From: Octopus sinensis
Lineage: Eukaryota
DNA: 64,000 bases
Direction of reading: 5' to 3'
Assembly: GCF_006345805.1 (NCBI RefSeq)
Contig: NC_042997.1
Location: 11,594,001 to 11,658,000 of the forward strand
Shown here: positions 1-13,547 of the stretch, in pieces
How positions within the stretch are numbered: position 1 is the stretch's first letter
Layout of the letters: the number at the start of each line of letters is the position of its first letter
Program-made: the position numbers and the translations under genes
The notes under the pieces: generated by a model
Seen by the model: the letters and a program-made list of their open reading frames with translations, nothing else
Databases searched by the model: none
What the model was told of the DNA's origin: nothing

Positions 1-62
<62 letters not shown>
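1..62. repeat. (AT)n microsatellite
   Basis: Near-perfect TA dinucleotide run. Confidence 0.95.
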
Positions 63-67
<5 letters not shown>

Positions 68-224
68 TATTCCTGTGCATAACTTTTTCTTGTGATGCAT
101 GTTCCATTTAGATTCTATCCTCTTTCCTGTATTCCTCTCTTTCCGTTTCTACACAGAGCTTCTGTGTGCGTTCGTGTATGCATTCTGATGTGTATGTGCA
201 AACAGAGGAAATATATATGTTTTA

Positions 225-368
225 TTAAGAAGTTCGCTACACAACCGTGAAAATCATGTGTTCTCGGGTTCAGTACCACTGCACGGTACACGGTATTTTT
301 GTATAGCCTCGGGTTGACCAATAACTTGTGAATGAAATTTGGTGGACAGTCTATGCAGAAGCTCGTGA
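225..368 (+). mobile_element. Degenerate 5' part of tRNA-derived SINE (family 1)
   Basis: Diverged match to the head/core of the cleaner copy at 33752-33910 (tcgggttcagtaccactgc...tatagcctcgggttgacc). Confidence 0.6.
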
Positions 369-390
369 ATATATATAGGCCTTTATATAT

Positions 391-978
391 AGGCTCAAGA
401 GTGGCTGTGTGGTAAGAAGCTTGCTTCTCAACCACATGATTCCGGGTTCAGTCCCACTGCGTGGCACTTTGGTCAAGTGTCTTTTACTATAGCTTCGGGC
501 CGAATAAAGCCTTGTGGGTGGATTTGGAAGACGGAAACTGAAAGAAGACCGTCGTATAAGTATATATATAATCAATGATTGAACAGACAGAACACAACAA
601 GGAGAAAAAGTTAGACGAACGCAGGGCAAACAGGAAACAGGACGAAAACTTAACAGACGGGGAATATAGACAAGGACACGATACACGGAGTATTCGCTAC
701 TGAATTTTTCTTGTCGGTCAATAATCCAAATATCATCATGATTTCGCACCATTATCATTGAGATCACTCAATCTTGGCGGTGCCAGTACTGTTATGAAGT
801 TACTGGGAAAAATGTTGAAGTGTTTACGTCTACGTAACTTAGCTGCTGAGCAAAAGATACCGATATAGTAAGTACTAGGCTTACAAAGTATAAGTCCTGG
901 GGTCGATTTGTTCGACTAAAAGTGGTGATCCAGCATGGCCGCAGTAAAATGCCTGAAACAAGTAAAAAACAAAAGAAA
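391..978 (+). mobile_element. tRNA-derived SINE family 1 (octopus OR-like, CORE-like) with expanded middle
   Basis: Head with A/B-box-like gtggctgtgtggtaag / ggttcagtccc and CORE-like ctttggtcaagtgtctt at 391-556. 3' part (gtaacttagc...gatccagcatggccgcag...gaaacaagtaaaa) at 821-978. Confidence 0.8.
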
Positions 979-1310
979 TATATATAACCTATTTCTCCGT
1001 AGACTGAAAATACAATAATGAACGACCGTAATCGATTTTCGAATGTTAATGGATTCTCATGAGTGACGTCTACATCCATGAGACCAATCACGGAGAAAAA
1101 AGCTTCCAATTTGTTTATATACTCATTAATTTCAGAAGCTACAAGAAACTGGGGCTGCTAATTTGCATACGGTAAATGTTAACACTTTATATAATACCAG
1201 GGGCCTTTCAACGGAGAGCTCAGTCTACACTGTATTGAAATAATATATATGACCTAATAGTTGATTTATATACACGGCTAATATATATATACATACATGA
1301 TACATACATC

Positions 1311-1356
<46 letters not shown>

Positions 1357-1367
1357 TATATATATAT

Positions 1368-1412
<45 letters not shown>

Positions 1413-1568
1413 ACTTATAAACAAGGACAAAAGAAAATTATTTCTATGCCAATATGCTGATAACAGACTTTTAAATCGTCAATTTCCACATATTATATAC
1501 TAACTATAGAAATACGTTGTACTGAAATCGGGAAGCTAGTCAACAGAATTTTTTTAAAACGTTCGTTA

Positions 1569-1627
1569 TTTCTATATTGAATCAATTTCGGAATTAATCT
1601 CATAGATTTTTTCCTCTTCAGTAGAAA
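1569..1627 (-). ncRNA. Type I hammerhead ribozyme
   Basis: Minus strand reads UUUCUA CUGAAGA GGAA..UUCC GAA AUUGA-U-UCAAU A^ UAGAAA: 6-bp stem I, G10.1-C11.1, intact core. Confidence 0.75.
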
Positions 1628-1975
1628 ATACGAATAGAAATAAATGAAATACATGCGCCCATGGTAAAAAACCGAAGCAAAAGTCATGTGTACATATAAG
1701 TACCCCAGTTATATCTAAATATAAAATCCTTTGGCTAGCCTCAGTACACGTGTGAACTGTTCTCCACCACAGCTTATAATGGTTACCAGTCCCTATAGTG
1801 AATAGTAATAAATTTACTACTAATATAGGATGAAGTTTTTTACAGAAAAAAATTCATCAAAAAGTGGCAGCATATTAAAATACCTTTAAAGGTTAAAATT
1901 ATAAACAACTTATAAACTTATAACCTTAATACTTACATGGGCGCATGTAAGTATTTCATTTATTTCTATTCGTAT

Positions 1976-2034
1976 TTTCTACTGACGAGGAAAAAATCTA
2001 TGAGATTAATTCCGAAATTGATTCAATATAGAAA
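1976..2034 (+). ncRNA. Type I hammerhead ribozyme
   Basis: tttcta CTGACGA ggaa..ttcc GAA attgattcaat A^ tagaaa. Predicted cleavage after 2028 (AUA). Confidence 0.75.
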
Positions 2035-2312
2035 TAGCGAACTTTAAAAAAAAAATTCTGTTGACTAGCTTCCCGATTTCAGTTCAACGTATTTCTATAG
2101 TGAGTATATAATATGTGGAAATTGACGATTTAAAAGTCTGTTATCAGCATATTGGCATAGAAATAATTTTCTTTTGCCCTTGTTTAAAAGTTGTTTATAC
2201 ACACACACACACACACACACACACCCACACACACACACATGTATATATAAATATTTCGCTTAGGTATAGCGAGACTAATAACCTGGTGTAGAACTCAATA
2301 TATATATATATA

Positions 2313-2359
<47 letters not shown>

Positions 2360-2529
2360 TATAATATATACTTCAGAGCCCAATCGCAGATGAATATAGA
2401 GTGGTGTTAGGAACAAACAGATGACACAGGAAAATAAAACAAAGGTTATGTAATGAACTTATGTAACGAAGTTCATAACATAACATTTGCTTTTTCCGAT
2501 GTCTTCTATTTCTTCTTATATAGTCGTTT

Positions 2530-2698
2530 ATTTGTTTACTAGTTGCAGTCATTTGAGTGTGGCCATGCTGGAGCACCACCTTAAAAGGATTTTGGTTGAA
2601 GAAATCGATTCCAGGACTTATTCTTTGTAAGCTTAGTACTTGTGTCGGTCTCTTTTGCCAATCCGTTAAGTTACGGCGACGTAAACGCACCAACATCG
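2530..2698 (-). mobile_element. SINE family 1, 3' portion
   Basis: Reverse complement of the tail (gcagtcatttgagtgtggccatgctggagcacc...ggacttattctttgtaagc). Confidence 0.8.
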
Positions 2699-2708
2699 AG
2701 TATCATGC

Positions 2709-2946
2709 TGCTTCATCAGTCATAGTATATCTAGGGCAACAATACCCCTCTGTTTAAGACAAGTAGGTGGTAACTGATATAAATTTAGCTGCTATTTCTA
2801 GAAAATTAGACTAGCTTTTTGATGCTTCATCAGCCATAGTATATCTAGGACAACAATACCCCTCTGTTTAAGACAAGTAGGTGGTAACTGATATAAATTT
2901 AGCTGCTATTTCTAGCAAAATAGACAAGCTTTTTGATGCTTCATCA
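2709..2946. repeat. 114-bp direct tandem duplication
   Basis: tgcttcatca recurs at 2709, 2823 and 2937. tgtttaagac recurs at 2751 and 2865. Confidence 0.9.
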
Positions 2947-3478
2947 TACACTCGTAGGACTTGGAAGTTCACAAACAAACAAAAAAAAAAAAAAAGAAAC
3001 AGTGAAGAGTGACGTCATGATGTGAAACTCATTCCGATAAATATTAGTGTTAGAAAATGCAAAGATATAGCAACGTTGTTCAAATTAAAATCGTTCTTGT
3101 ACTTCCATAACATACTTTCATACATATACCTTCGGACGAACTATATAATTGCAAACGATCTATAAGTCTTTTTGCAAATATGCAGATATTTAGTCAAAAA
3201 GATTTAGTAGATACCCAGTTGAAAGCAAAGAGAATATATCAAAGAAGTTTATCTGCATATTTTGACTGCTTCGTAACGCGAAAAAGATGTGGACATTTGT
3301 GAATTTTTGTCAGTTCTCTATAGCCGCAAAACATAGGTAAAAGTATTGGAAAATATAGACTGCTCTCTCTTTCTCTCTCTCACTTTCACACTGTTCTTCT
3401 TTCTCCCTCCTTATCTTTCTTACATTCAGGCACACACACACATATTCATATATATATACTCACAAACCCACCGAGGCA

Positions 3479-5031
<1,553 letters not shown>

Positions 5032-5081
5032 CTCTCTGTACTTTCATTTGTGTGTTTTAAAGCACACACCCCAATAGAATC

Positions 5082-8000
5082 ATGGTCAAGATTGGTTGTG
5101 TGAATGCGCGTGGCTTGGGGTCTCCTTGGAAACAAGGATACCTCCTAAATGACATCAAGTCACATGATTTGGGAATCATAGCCATAAGTGAGACCAGACT
5201 CCACGAGCCACGGGCCCTAAAGTCCATGTTTGGCGGACAGTTTAACATTTATTTCGCTCCCTGTCTGCCGAGGATGGGCGGTAGTGGCACCGCGGTACTT
5301 TTTCACAAGAGCCTGGATCTCGAAGTCAAGACGATATTCGTAGACCCGGAGGGTAGACTGATCGTTCTGGATGTTGGCGGCAGCAATGGGTGCGCTTTTC
5401 GACTCGTATCAGTCTACGCACCGCCCTTAACAGGTCGGGCGGATTTCTTTCGACGTCTAGAAGTATTCTTGGAACGTCTCGTCCTTTACTCTTAGTGGGG
5501 GATTGGAATGCTACCTTGGACACGCATGTAGACTACGTGGGTAGAGACAGAAACAGAAGGGGATGCAAATGCCTCAGAGACCTGCTCAGACGATTCCAAC
5601 TGTCTGACAGGTACCGACTCGACCACCCAAATGCACCAACGTGGACATGGAGCAACCGCAGTGGGTCGTCGAGATCGTATCTAGATAGGATACTGTGTAG
5701 GACAGTAGACAAGGATAACTTAGGATGTCCACAATTCCACACAGTCAGCTACACGGATCACAAATTGGTGACGTGTACGCTAGACTTAGATAAGGCACAT
5801 AGACAGGGTCCTGGGTACTGGAAACTGAACGCATCATTCCCGTCCAGACAAGTTTTCAGAGACCGGATTAGCACACTAGTAAAGAGGGCTTTGACGGGAG
5901 CCATCATCAACAACAAATGGTGGTTTGCCCTCAAGAGAGCAGTAAAAGCAGAAGCGATTAGGTACAGCAAAGCACTAGCCATAGATAGAAATAGAGTAGA
6001 GGGTGAGCTAGTTAAGAAGCTAGAAGAGGCAATTAGAAGCGGCATCGCATCCGACGTTTTGGCGGCGAGGTTGGCCCTCGACCAACACTTCAACGCCAAA
6101 CACGAAGGATGTGCTGTCAGAGCTAGGATGCGTGCTCTAAGGAACGAAGGTGTTGGAGCCGCGAGAGAGGCCCGGGTGGCAGAGGCGCAACAGGGCAACA
6201 AAGCCACCATTCGGTCACTGGTAGATGAACAGGGGCGCGAATTGCTCGAGCCAAGTAAAATGTGTGAGGCCTTTCAGCAGCATTTTGCCCGACTGTTCGG
6301 GACGAGTGGAGGGCAAGAACGTAGGGTAGACTTCAGTGCCTACCTACATAGCCTGCCACGACTCTCGACAAGAAAGGCAGGGTGCTGCGAAGGTGCCATC
6401 ACGGCGGCGGAAGTGCGGGAAGCGATGGCAGAATGCTCGAGGGACAAATCACCGGGTTTGGATGGTCTACCCTACGAATTTTACTATTGTATGCCAGACT
6501 TGTTTGGAGACGTCTTGGCAGCGGTATACTGCAACTGGCAGCAAAACGGGAGCATACCCGTTTTGTGAGTCGAGGAGCTGTAACTCTGCTGAAGAAAGAT
6601 CCAAACAAGGGAAACATTATAGATAACTTTAGGCCAATCACTCTGCTCAATGCAGACCTGAAAATTTTGACAAAGGTGTTAGCCAAGAGGTTGGCGCTTG
6701 TCATAGAGAAACTGGTCGACAACGCACAAACGTGCGCCGTGCCGGGCCGGAGCATCCATGACAACCTCCATCTGATGCGCTACATCATAGACAGGGTAGT
6801 TAACGAACCTGGCATGGGTGGGGCCCTGATCAACTTGGATCAATCGAAAGCCTTTGATAGGGTAGACCATCGATACTTGGAGGCAGTCCTGAGAGCGGCT
6901 GGTTTCGGTCCCGTCTTCCGCGGCTGGATAGCTGCCTTGTACAGAGGCATCCGTTCGGTAATTCGCGTAAATGGACATCTATCGAGACCCTTCGACATTG
7001 CACGTTCGGTCCGTCAGGGATGCCCCCTCTCGGTGCTTCTATACGTATTGACTCTTGAGCCACTACTGCGGAAGCTGGCGACTCTGAGGGGCATCCCGCG
7101 AGAATTAGGATGCGGGACGAGCGTGTCTGCATACGCGGACGACGTCACCGTCATAGTGTCAAGCCACGAGCACATCGAGCGGGTCGGCGAGACACTGAAA
7201 GACTACGAAGCGGTGACAGGAGCAAAAATCAACCGGGAAAAGTCAGTGGGCTTGCGGCTCGGCACCTGGAGAAGCAAACCCATGCCGTCCACCAGTACCT
7301 CCGTCGTGGGACGCTGGACAGACGGCCCGGTTGAGTTGCTCGGGGTCTGGTTCGGTCCGGACCTCCAAATGGAGAAGAACTGGAACGAGATAACGAGTAG
7401 GGTGGTCACTCTCGCCCAGCAATGGGCCGAGAGGAAACTGTCCCTAAAAGGTCGGGCGGAGGTGGTGAACGCGTACATCGCGTCCATCATCTACTACCGC
7501 CTGACCGTCGTACCTTGTCCCGACCCTACCATCACCAAACTAGAACGCATCCTCTTCCGCTTCTTGTGGAAAGGATGCGTCCCGATGGTCAGGCGATCCA
7601 TTTGCTGTCAACACCCGTTAAAAGGAGGGCTGGGCATGCCGTGGTTGATGATGCGCAGACACGCGCTGAGACTGCGACATCTCCGGCTCTATGTAGACGA
7701 CGGTGAACAGGTGTGGTCGCCGTTTGTGAGGCACGCATTCCCGCAACTCGTCTCCATGACCGAACTACAGTCGTGGATCAAAAAGAGGCCGAAGAAGGGC
7801 GAATGGCACCGCGAGTGTCGCGTTGCTCTCAAGCAACTCTGCCGTCCCGGGTCGACCTTGAGTGACTTCAACACAACCAAAGCATTCTATAGGGGATTAG
7901 TGGAGGGGAGGTACGACGACGAGCTCGGGGCAAACCTGGGCGTCGACGAGGAATACCTGACCCGCCTGTTTCAAACGACTTTCGGCCCGGACCTATGGAC

Positions 8001-8515
8001 AACTTCCAGAGATCCCTGGCCTGGCGGTGCTACCGAGAAGCGCTACCCGTTCGGGATAAGCTCTATAGGCATGGCTCGAGAAACACGGGGCCGACCTGCC
8101 CGAGATGCGGGCAGAGCGACGAAACCGCTCTGCACGCAATCGTGCAGTGTCCAGCAATTTCCCACCTGTGGGCTTATGTCGAACGACTGCTGTCACGTGT
8201 GGGACGTGTCGGTTTATCAGCCGAGTCTATCGTTAATATCGTCACGCCTCCTTCCTTCAAACGGGAAGGAAGAGCTATTTTTATCATACTTGTGGCTATG
8301 GCGAAAGAATGTATCTGGTGGACGCGTCTGAAAGGATTAGAGACAAACACTTCCTCTCTGGTCAATCTCTCATCAACTTCTTCAAGTATCACTTGAAGAA
8401 AAAAGTGAGAGTAGAGAGGCAAGTTTTGTCTAGTGAATGTTTTAAAAAAAGATGGGTGAATGTAGCAAGGATGGCACGTATGAATGACGAAGCCACCTTG
8501 ACTATGATTCTATGA
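5082..8515 (+). pseudogene. LINE ORF2: AP endonuclease + reverse transcriptase + zinc-binding domain, broken by four frameshifts
   Basis: APE motifs (GCVNARGL, SETR, GDWN, LDRI, YTDH), RT motifs (NFRPITLLN, LDQSKAFDRV, SVRQGCPLS, AYADD) and CPRC..H..C are spread over ORFs 5082-5495, 5390-6568, 6382-8331, 7995-8396 and 8309-8515. Confidence 0.9.
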
Positions 8516-8936
8516 ACCGTAAAAATTAATACAGAGAGTTGCTTATTTGCAAAAAAAAAAAAGAAATATAACATGTGACTTCATTGACCGAGGTTACCGT
8601 GGTCTTTTCCGTAGGCTTTTCTTTCCACGGGTAAACCTCACCTGTCCCCCCCTTTACACTTCATATTGACATTTCTGTGATAACGATCCCTATTGATCAA
8701 TTTTTTTCCTCTCCCCCTTTTTTTTAACCCCCCCTTTTTTTTTGTCCTCTTTCTCTCCTTTTACGATCCCTTTTGATCGACCCCCCCTTTTTTTATTTTA
8801 TTTTTATTTTATTTTATTTTTTTCTTATTTTTTTAATTTTTTTTTATTTTTTTATTTTTTTTAAACCTTCAAAAGAAAAGCTCTACCTTGTAATTTGTTC
8901 TATCTGTGTGCAGCCCTGTGTGGCTAATAAAGAAAC

Positions 8937-8937
8937 A

Positions 8938-9000
<63 letters not shown>

Positions 9001-9027
9001 ATGTCTATCTATCTATCTACCTATATG

Positions 9028-9078
<51 letters not shown>

Positions 9079-9083
9079 GTCTA
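8937..9083. repeat. (TCTA)n tail of the Tx1 LINE
   Basis: TCTA run begins immediately after aaagaaaca. Confidence 0.95.
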
Positions 9084-9099
9084 TATACCTATACACACA

Positions 9100-9215
9100 C
9101 ACACACACACGTGCAAGCGCGAGCACCACACACACACACGTGCACGCGCGAGCACCACACACACACGTGCACGCGCAAGCACCACACACACACACACGTG
9201 CACGCGCGAGCACAA
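9100..9215. repeat. Minisatellite, four ~28-32-bp units (acacacgtgcacgcgcgagcacc)
   Basis: Four visible repeats separated by (CA)n. Confidence 0.85.
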
Positions 9216-9387
9216 AACACACACACACACACATATATACTCATCCAAAATGGAGAAGAGTACCAACGTTCCTATGTGGTACGCTCGAAACATGATAAAA
9301 CTCTCTTTGGAAGACGGAACCATTGGTAGATTTGCTCATCCACAAATAATATATATATATACGATTTTTGAATTATATATATATATA

Positions 9388-12300
9388 TTTTTTTTTGTTC
9401 TAGTTTCAGCTCAGAGCTGCGGCCATGCTGTTGCACCGCAGTTTTGTGCTACACTGTTATTACGACGAACCTCGTCTAATATGTGGTACTTGGTGAAGAA
9501 TGGAGTTTGATACAGCTACTCTCATTTGCACCTCTTGCCGTGAGGTAGGTTCATCTGGGACTCTTGACAGGAAGGTGTCCAGCTTTGATTTAAAAACCGC
9601 TACATCTACTTTGTGAAAGTCCCTCAGACTCTTTGGGAGAATATTAAAAAGCTGTGGGCCCTTGAAACCCAGGCTGTTGCAGAAGCTGGTCCTGAAGCGT
9701 GATGGCATTGCTGGGATCTTTGGCACTATGCAGTGTCGTCCCGTTCTAGCATTGGTGTAGCTTACAATGCCAAAATTTGGCACAATTCCTTCCAGGATCT
9801 TCCAGACATATATCGCTGCATACCTCTCCCGTCTTCTCTCCAGGGAGTAGAGTCTTAGCTGTTTCAACCTTTCCCAGTAGCTGAGCTGTTGCAAAGAGAC
9901 GATCTTCTTTGTGAATCTTCTCTGGATTGCTTCAAGGTCCGCTGTTAATTTTACACTGGTGGGTGACCATAGCTGTGAGCAGTAATCCAGGCGACTGAGG
10001 ACGAATGTCCGCCAGAGGACCATCATGGTTTCCTTATCTCTGGTTCTGAATGTTCTTAGGATCCACCCAGCCAGTCGTCTGCACTTTGTCGCCATCATGG
10101 TAATGTGCACTTGGAAAGAGGTCCCTCACAGACTTAGGCTCTGGGATTGAAATTCCCTGTGGACCGGTGTATCCTGTAAGTTTAATATTCTGTTTTGGAT
10201 GCTGGTAGCGCAGGGCCTGGAATTTTTCAGCATTAAACTGCATATTATTATCCTCAGCCCATCTGTAGATTGAGTCCAACTCCTGCTGCAGGTGTGCAGC
10301 ATCGCTGGGGTTCTGTATTTTCTTCGAGACTTTCCTATCGTCTGCATAGCTGGCCAGAGTGGCTATCCGGGCATTTGAGGGCATATCTGAGAGGGCCACT
10401 ATAAAAAGCAGTGGTCCCAAGACAGTGCCCTGTGGAACACCGCTCACTATTTGTGTGTTCATAGAGGTGGCTCCATTAACCACTACTGCCTAACTCCTAT
10501 CTTTCAGGAAGTCATGCAACCACACTCCAACTTTTCCAGCTATGCCGAGGTCACGTAGTTTGTGGCATATCATACCATGATCCACCTTGTCAAAAGCTTT
10601 TGCAAAATCAAGGTAGATTATGTCCACATTTGATTTGTTGAGTAACTGCCTCAACACCCAGTCATAATGCTGTAAGAGCTGGGTCAGGCAGCTCCTACCT
10701 GGTCGAAAACCATGCTGGGTATTACTCAGCAAGTTATTTTCCTCAAGGAATGCGATTAGTTTCTTTCTGACTATCCGTTCCATGACTTTGCTGATGTGTG
10801 AAGTCAGAGAGATAGGCCTATAGTTTTTGGCATTTGCTCTACTTCCCCCTTTATGTATTGGACATATTATTCCCTCCTTCAGCTTGCTTGGCAGTTTGCC
10901 ATTCGCCAGAAAACTCTGGAAGAGAATCTTGAGGGGTTTTGCCAGGGCATGTTTACACGCTTTGAGGAGGATGACTGGGAAACTGTCTGGACCAGCAGCT
11001 GAGTTTGTGTCCACTTCATCTATGGCTAGTAGGACATCTTTTTCGCTAATGTCAATACATTCTATTGTAACCGCCTCGCTGGTTATAGGTGAGGCGGCAA
11101 AGAAGTCCACTGGTTCGTTCACTTGTCTGTGTTCAAACGGGGTGGTAAAGACACTTTTGAACTAGTCATTCAGCATCTCACTGATCATAGTTGGACTGTC
11201 TGTGAGGGAGCCATCCTTTTGGAGGAGGGGTCCTATCTTGTAGTGCACTGAGACTGTTTCTTTCGTGTAATGAAAGAAGGCCTTTGGGTTTGATTTAATG
11301 TTTTTTATAACCCAGGTTTCTTTGTCTGCTTTCTCCTTCACATAGGATTGTTGCAGGCTTTTTTTGATCTCCATCAGTGTTGTTTTTAGGCGGGACGTTG
11401 CGCTACTTTTGGGATGTTGGTTGAGACGATTTGCAACCTTCGTCCGTCGTCTCATGAGGATCTTCCTGTCTCTTGGAATCTTGCTCCTATTTGTTTTGGC
11501 CTTGTGCTCTGGGACATATTTCTGGCATACAGCTTGCACAGAAGACATGAAACATTCTAGTTTCATGTCAATGTCTGGTGTGGAGAGACATTCTGGTCAG
11601 TCCTCTCTGAGGATCTCTTTTTGGATCGATTTCCAATCTGCTTTGTGGAAGTTCAGATTGGAGAGATTTCGGGTGCTTCCTTTAGGCTGTATGTCTCTGG
11701 TTACTTTCGGCCCAAACATAGACAGCTCTATTATGTTGTAATCCGAAACTGATGTCGGTGTCACTTTCACATCATGAATGATGTCCATATTGTTCGTGAA
11801 GCAGAGATCCAGAATGTTATTCGCCCTAGTTGGCTTGAGTACAACTTGCTCCATGAATAAGGCATTGGTGAGGTTGAGCAGGGACTCCACCTGTACTTGC
11901 TTGCAATGATTCATTCCTGAGAGTATGTGACCTTCGGGCCATTTGACGTTGGGGAAGTTGAAATCACCCATAAGAAATATGGTCAGGTGGTGTTCCAGAT
12001 TCATGAGGATTTCTTTAATTCTTGTGAGGCAATCTTCAAACTTGCCTATGTGATTTGAGGCATCCGGTGGGCAATATGTATTGCATATGACTATGTTATG
12101 TTGTCTTATGTATACAATTAAGGTGTCACATACCGAATTTGAGTATGTCATCAAGACCTGGGCTGTGAGGTCATCTCGGATGTATACAGCAACTCCACCA
12201 TGGCTCCTTTCCCTTCTGTCTGTTCGCAGTATGGCATAGTTTGGTATGTGTACTTCTGCGTCCTCTATATCAGGGTTGAGGTGAGTTTCCATAAGTGCTA

Positions 12301-13121
12301 TGCATAGGGCTTGATTGCATGCAGTAAGATCCCCCAGGAAAGAAATTTTGTTTCTATTTTGATGCAACAGGCCCCCAATATTTAGTAAAAGTATTGGGGT
12401 GACGGCTGTGAAGGCGTTAGGGGAGGCCATCCCGTGTCTGTTGACTGTGGTATGTCTTGCATAGTGGTGGGCAGGGTTCCTTCTCTGTGCTTGGTGTAGC
12501 CAGGTTAGCTGCCGGACAATTCTTTCCGCCATGCATAAAAAAGACTCTTGCTCAGCTGCTGCGTTGCGCAGAACATCTGAGGAGCGCACTTCGTTTTTGA
12601 AAGTTTTCCTGGGAGACATTTCTTGTGTTCCCTCGGTAATGTTTTTCTCTTTGAGTCCCCTGAAGTTCTGGCGGGGTGTCGGGTGGGCGAACCGGCAGTT
12701 TTTGTCGTCCTCACCATGCCAACATTTGCCCCGCAGGTAGAACTTACAGGTTCTTCGGTGCCTCCAGATTTCTTTCTTTCTTCTTTCAGTGTACTGGGTG
12801 GCATGGATCCTCCATGGGGTTCTCTTCTGTTTGCGTGGTGGGTTGGGGTTTCAGCTTTGGTTGTTTTGCCTTTTTTCCTCCTTTTTCCTCCTTATTTTTG
12901 TTTTCGGTCCTTCCTTTTTTCTTCTGTCTTTCTAATTTTCTAATTTTTTCATTTTTTCGTAGACCACTGGTACATGGGGGTTCCGGTTTCTGCTCCCTTG
13001 GCTCCCCTATCCTTCACTACTTGGTCGTTCACCGGGGTAGGTGATCCATTTTCCCGAGGAACCCCTGGATCACAGAGACTTCCGGCTTCCTTCTCTTTTC
13101 GTCCTCTTCATCCTCATAGCT
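9388..13121 (-). mobile_element. CR1-group LINE (Zenon-like, inferred), apparently near full length, in (TA)n
   Basis: CCCH finger, APE, RT and CR1-type C-terminus (RRRERY..IYVWK; FK..LD.FL..VPDEP), short 3' UTR and A-tail, (TA)n on both sides. Confidence 0.85.
9460..12770 (-). pseudogene. CR1-type CCCH-APE-RT polyprotein, disrupted
   Basis: LMETHL, GDFNFP, NYRPISLTS, QHGFRPGRSC, YLDFAKAFDKV, GVPQGTVLGP and YADD motifs. In-frame stops near 11597, 11162 and 10490, and a deletion/frameshift near 10130. Confidence 0.9.
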
Positions 13122-13160
13122 TATATATATATGTATATATATTATATATATATATATATA

Positions 13161-13208
<48 letters not shown>
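13122..13208. repeat. (AT)n microsatellite
   Basis: TA run. Confidence 0.9.
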
Positions 13209-13211
<3 letters not shown>

Positions 13212-13507
13212 GAGATTCAGTTGAATTAGGTACTTAAGTTCAAGCACCAAGTCAGTCTGGTATTATCCGCACAGCCCGAAGTAAGATGAATAAAACCAGA
13301 ATAAGCAACAGGATATCAAGTAGTGATGCAGGACGACCATTTCAAGCGGCTCCATTTAACCGAACCATGTAATCATTACATCAATTTAAAGGCAGTACCA
13401 TCTTCAGTTGCAAAATAAGTAAATAAAGAATGATAACAAGTTGGACACATTGAATATAATTTTTCCCAAATATTTTAACAGGGCAATAAGATAGAAGAAA
13501 TTCATGT

Positions 13508-13545
<38 letters not shown>

Positions 13546-13547
<2 letters not shown>

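Larger units (their letters stand above)
1408..2197. mobile_element. Foldback element: ~255-bp inverted arms, each carrying a hammerhead ribozyme (PLE pseudo-LTR-like)
   Basis: 1410-1665 is the reverse complement of ~1935-2195. Flanked by TA/CA microsatellites, with a ~270-bp spacer. Confidence 0.8.

Noticed and set aside
1408-2197. First reading as an ordinary DNA-transposon MITE
   Set aside because: Canonical hammerheads in both arms and the lack of a family-typical TIR/TSD favour a PLE-type inverted repeat. A MITE origin is not fully excluded.
2705-2835. CTGATGA on the minus strand of the 114-bp duplication as a hammerhead
   Set aside because: No GAAA placed directly after a stem II, and no stem III/NUH arrangement.
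9245-9345. Short unique stretch translating as [32 protein letters not shown]
   Set aside because: Too short, no recognisable homology and no clear splice sites. It is left unassigned.
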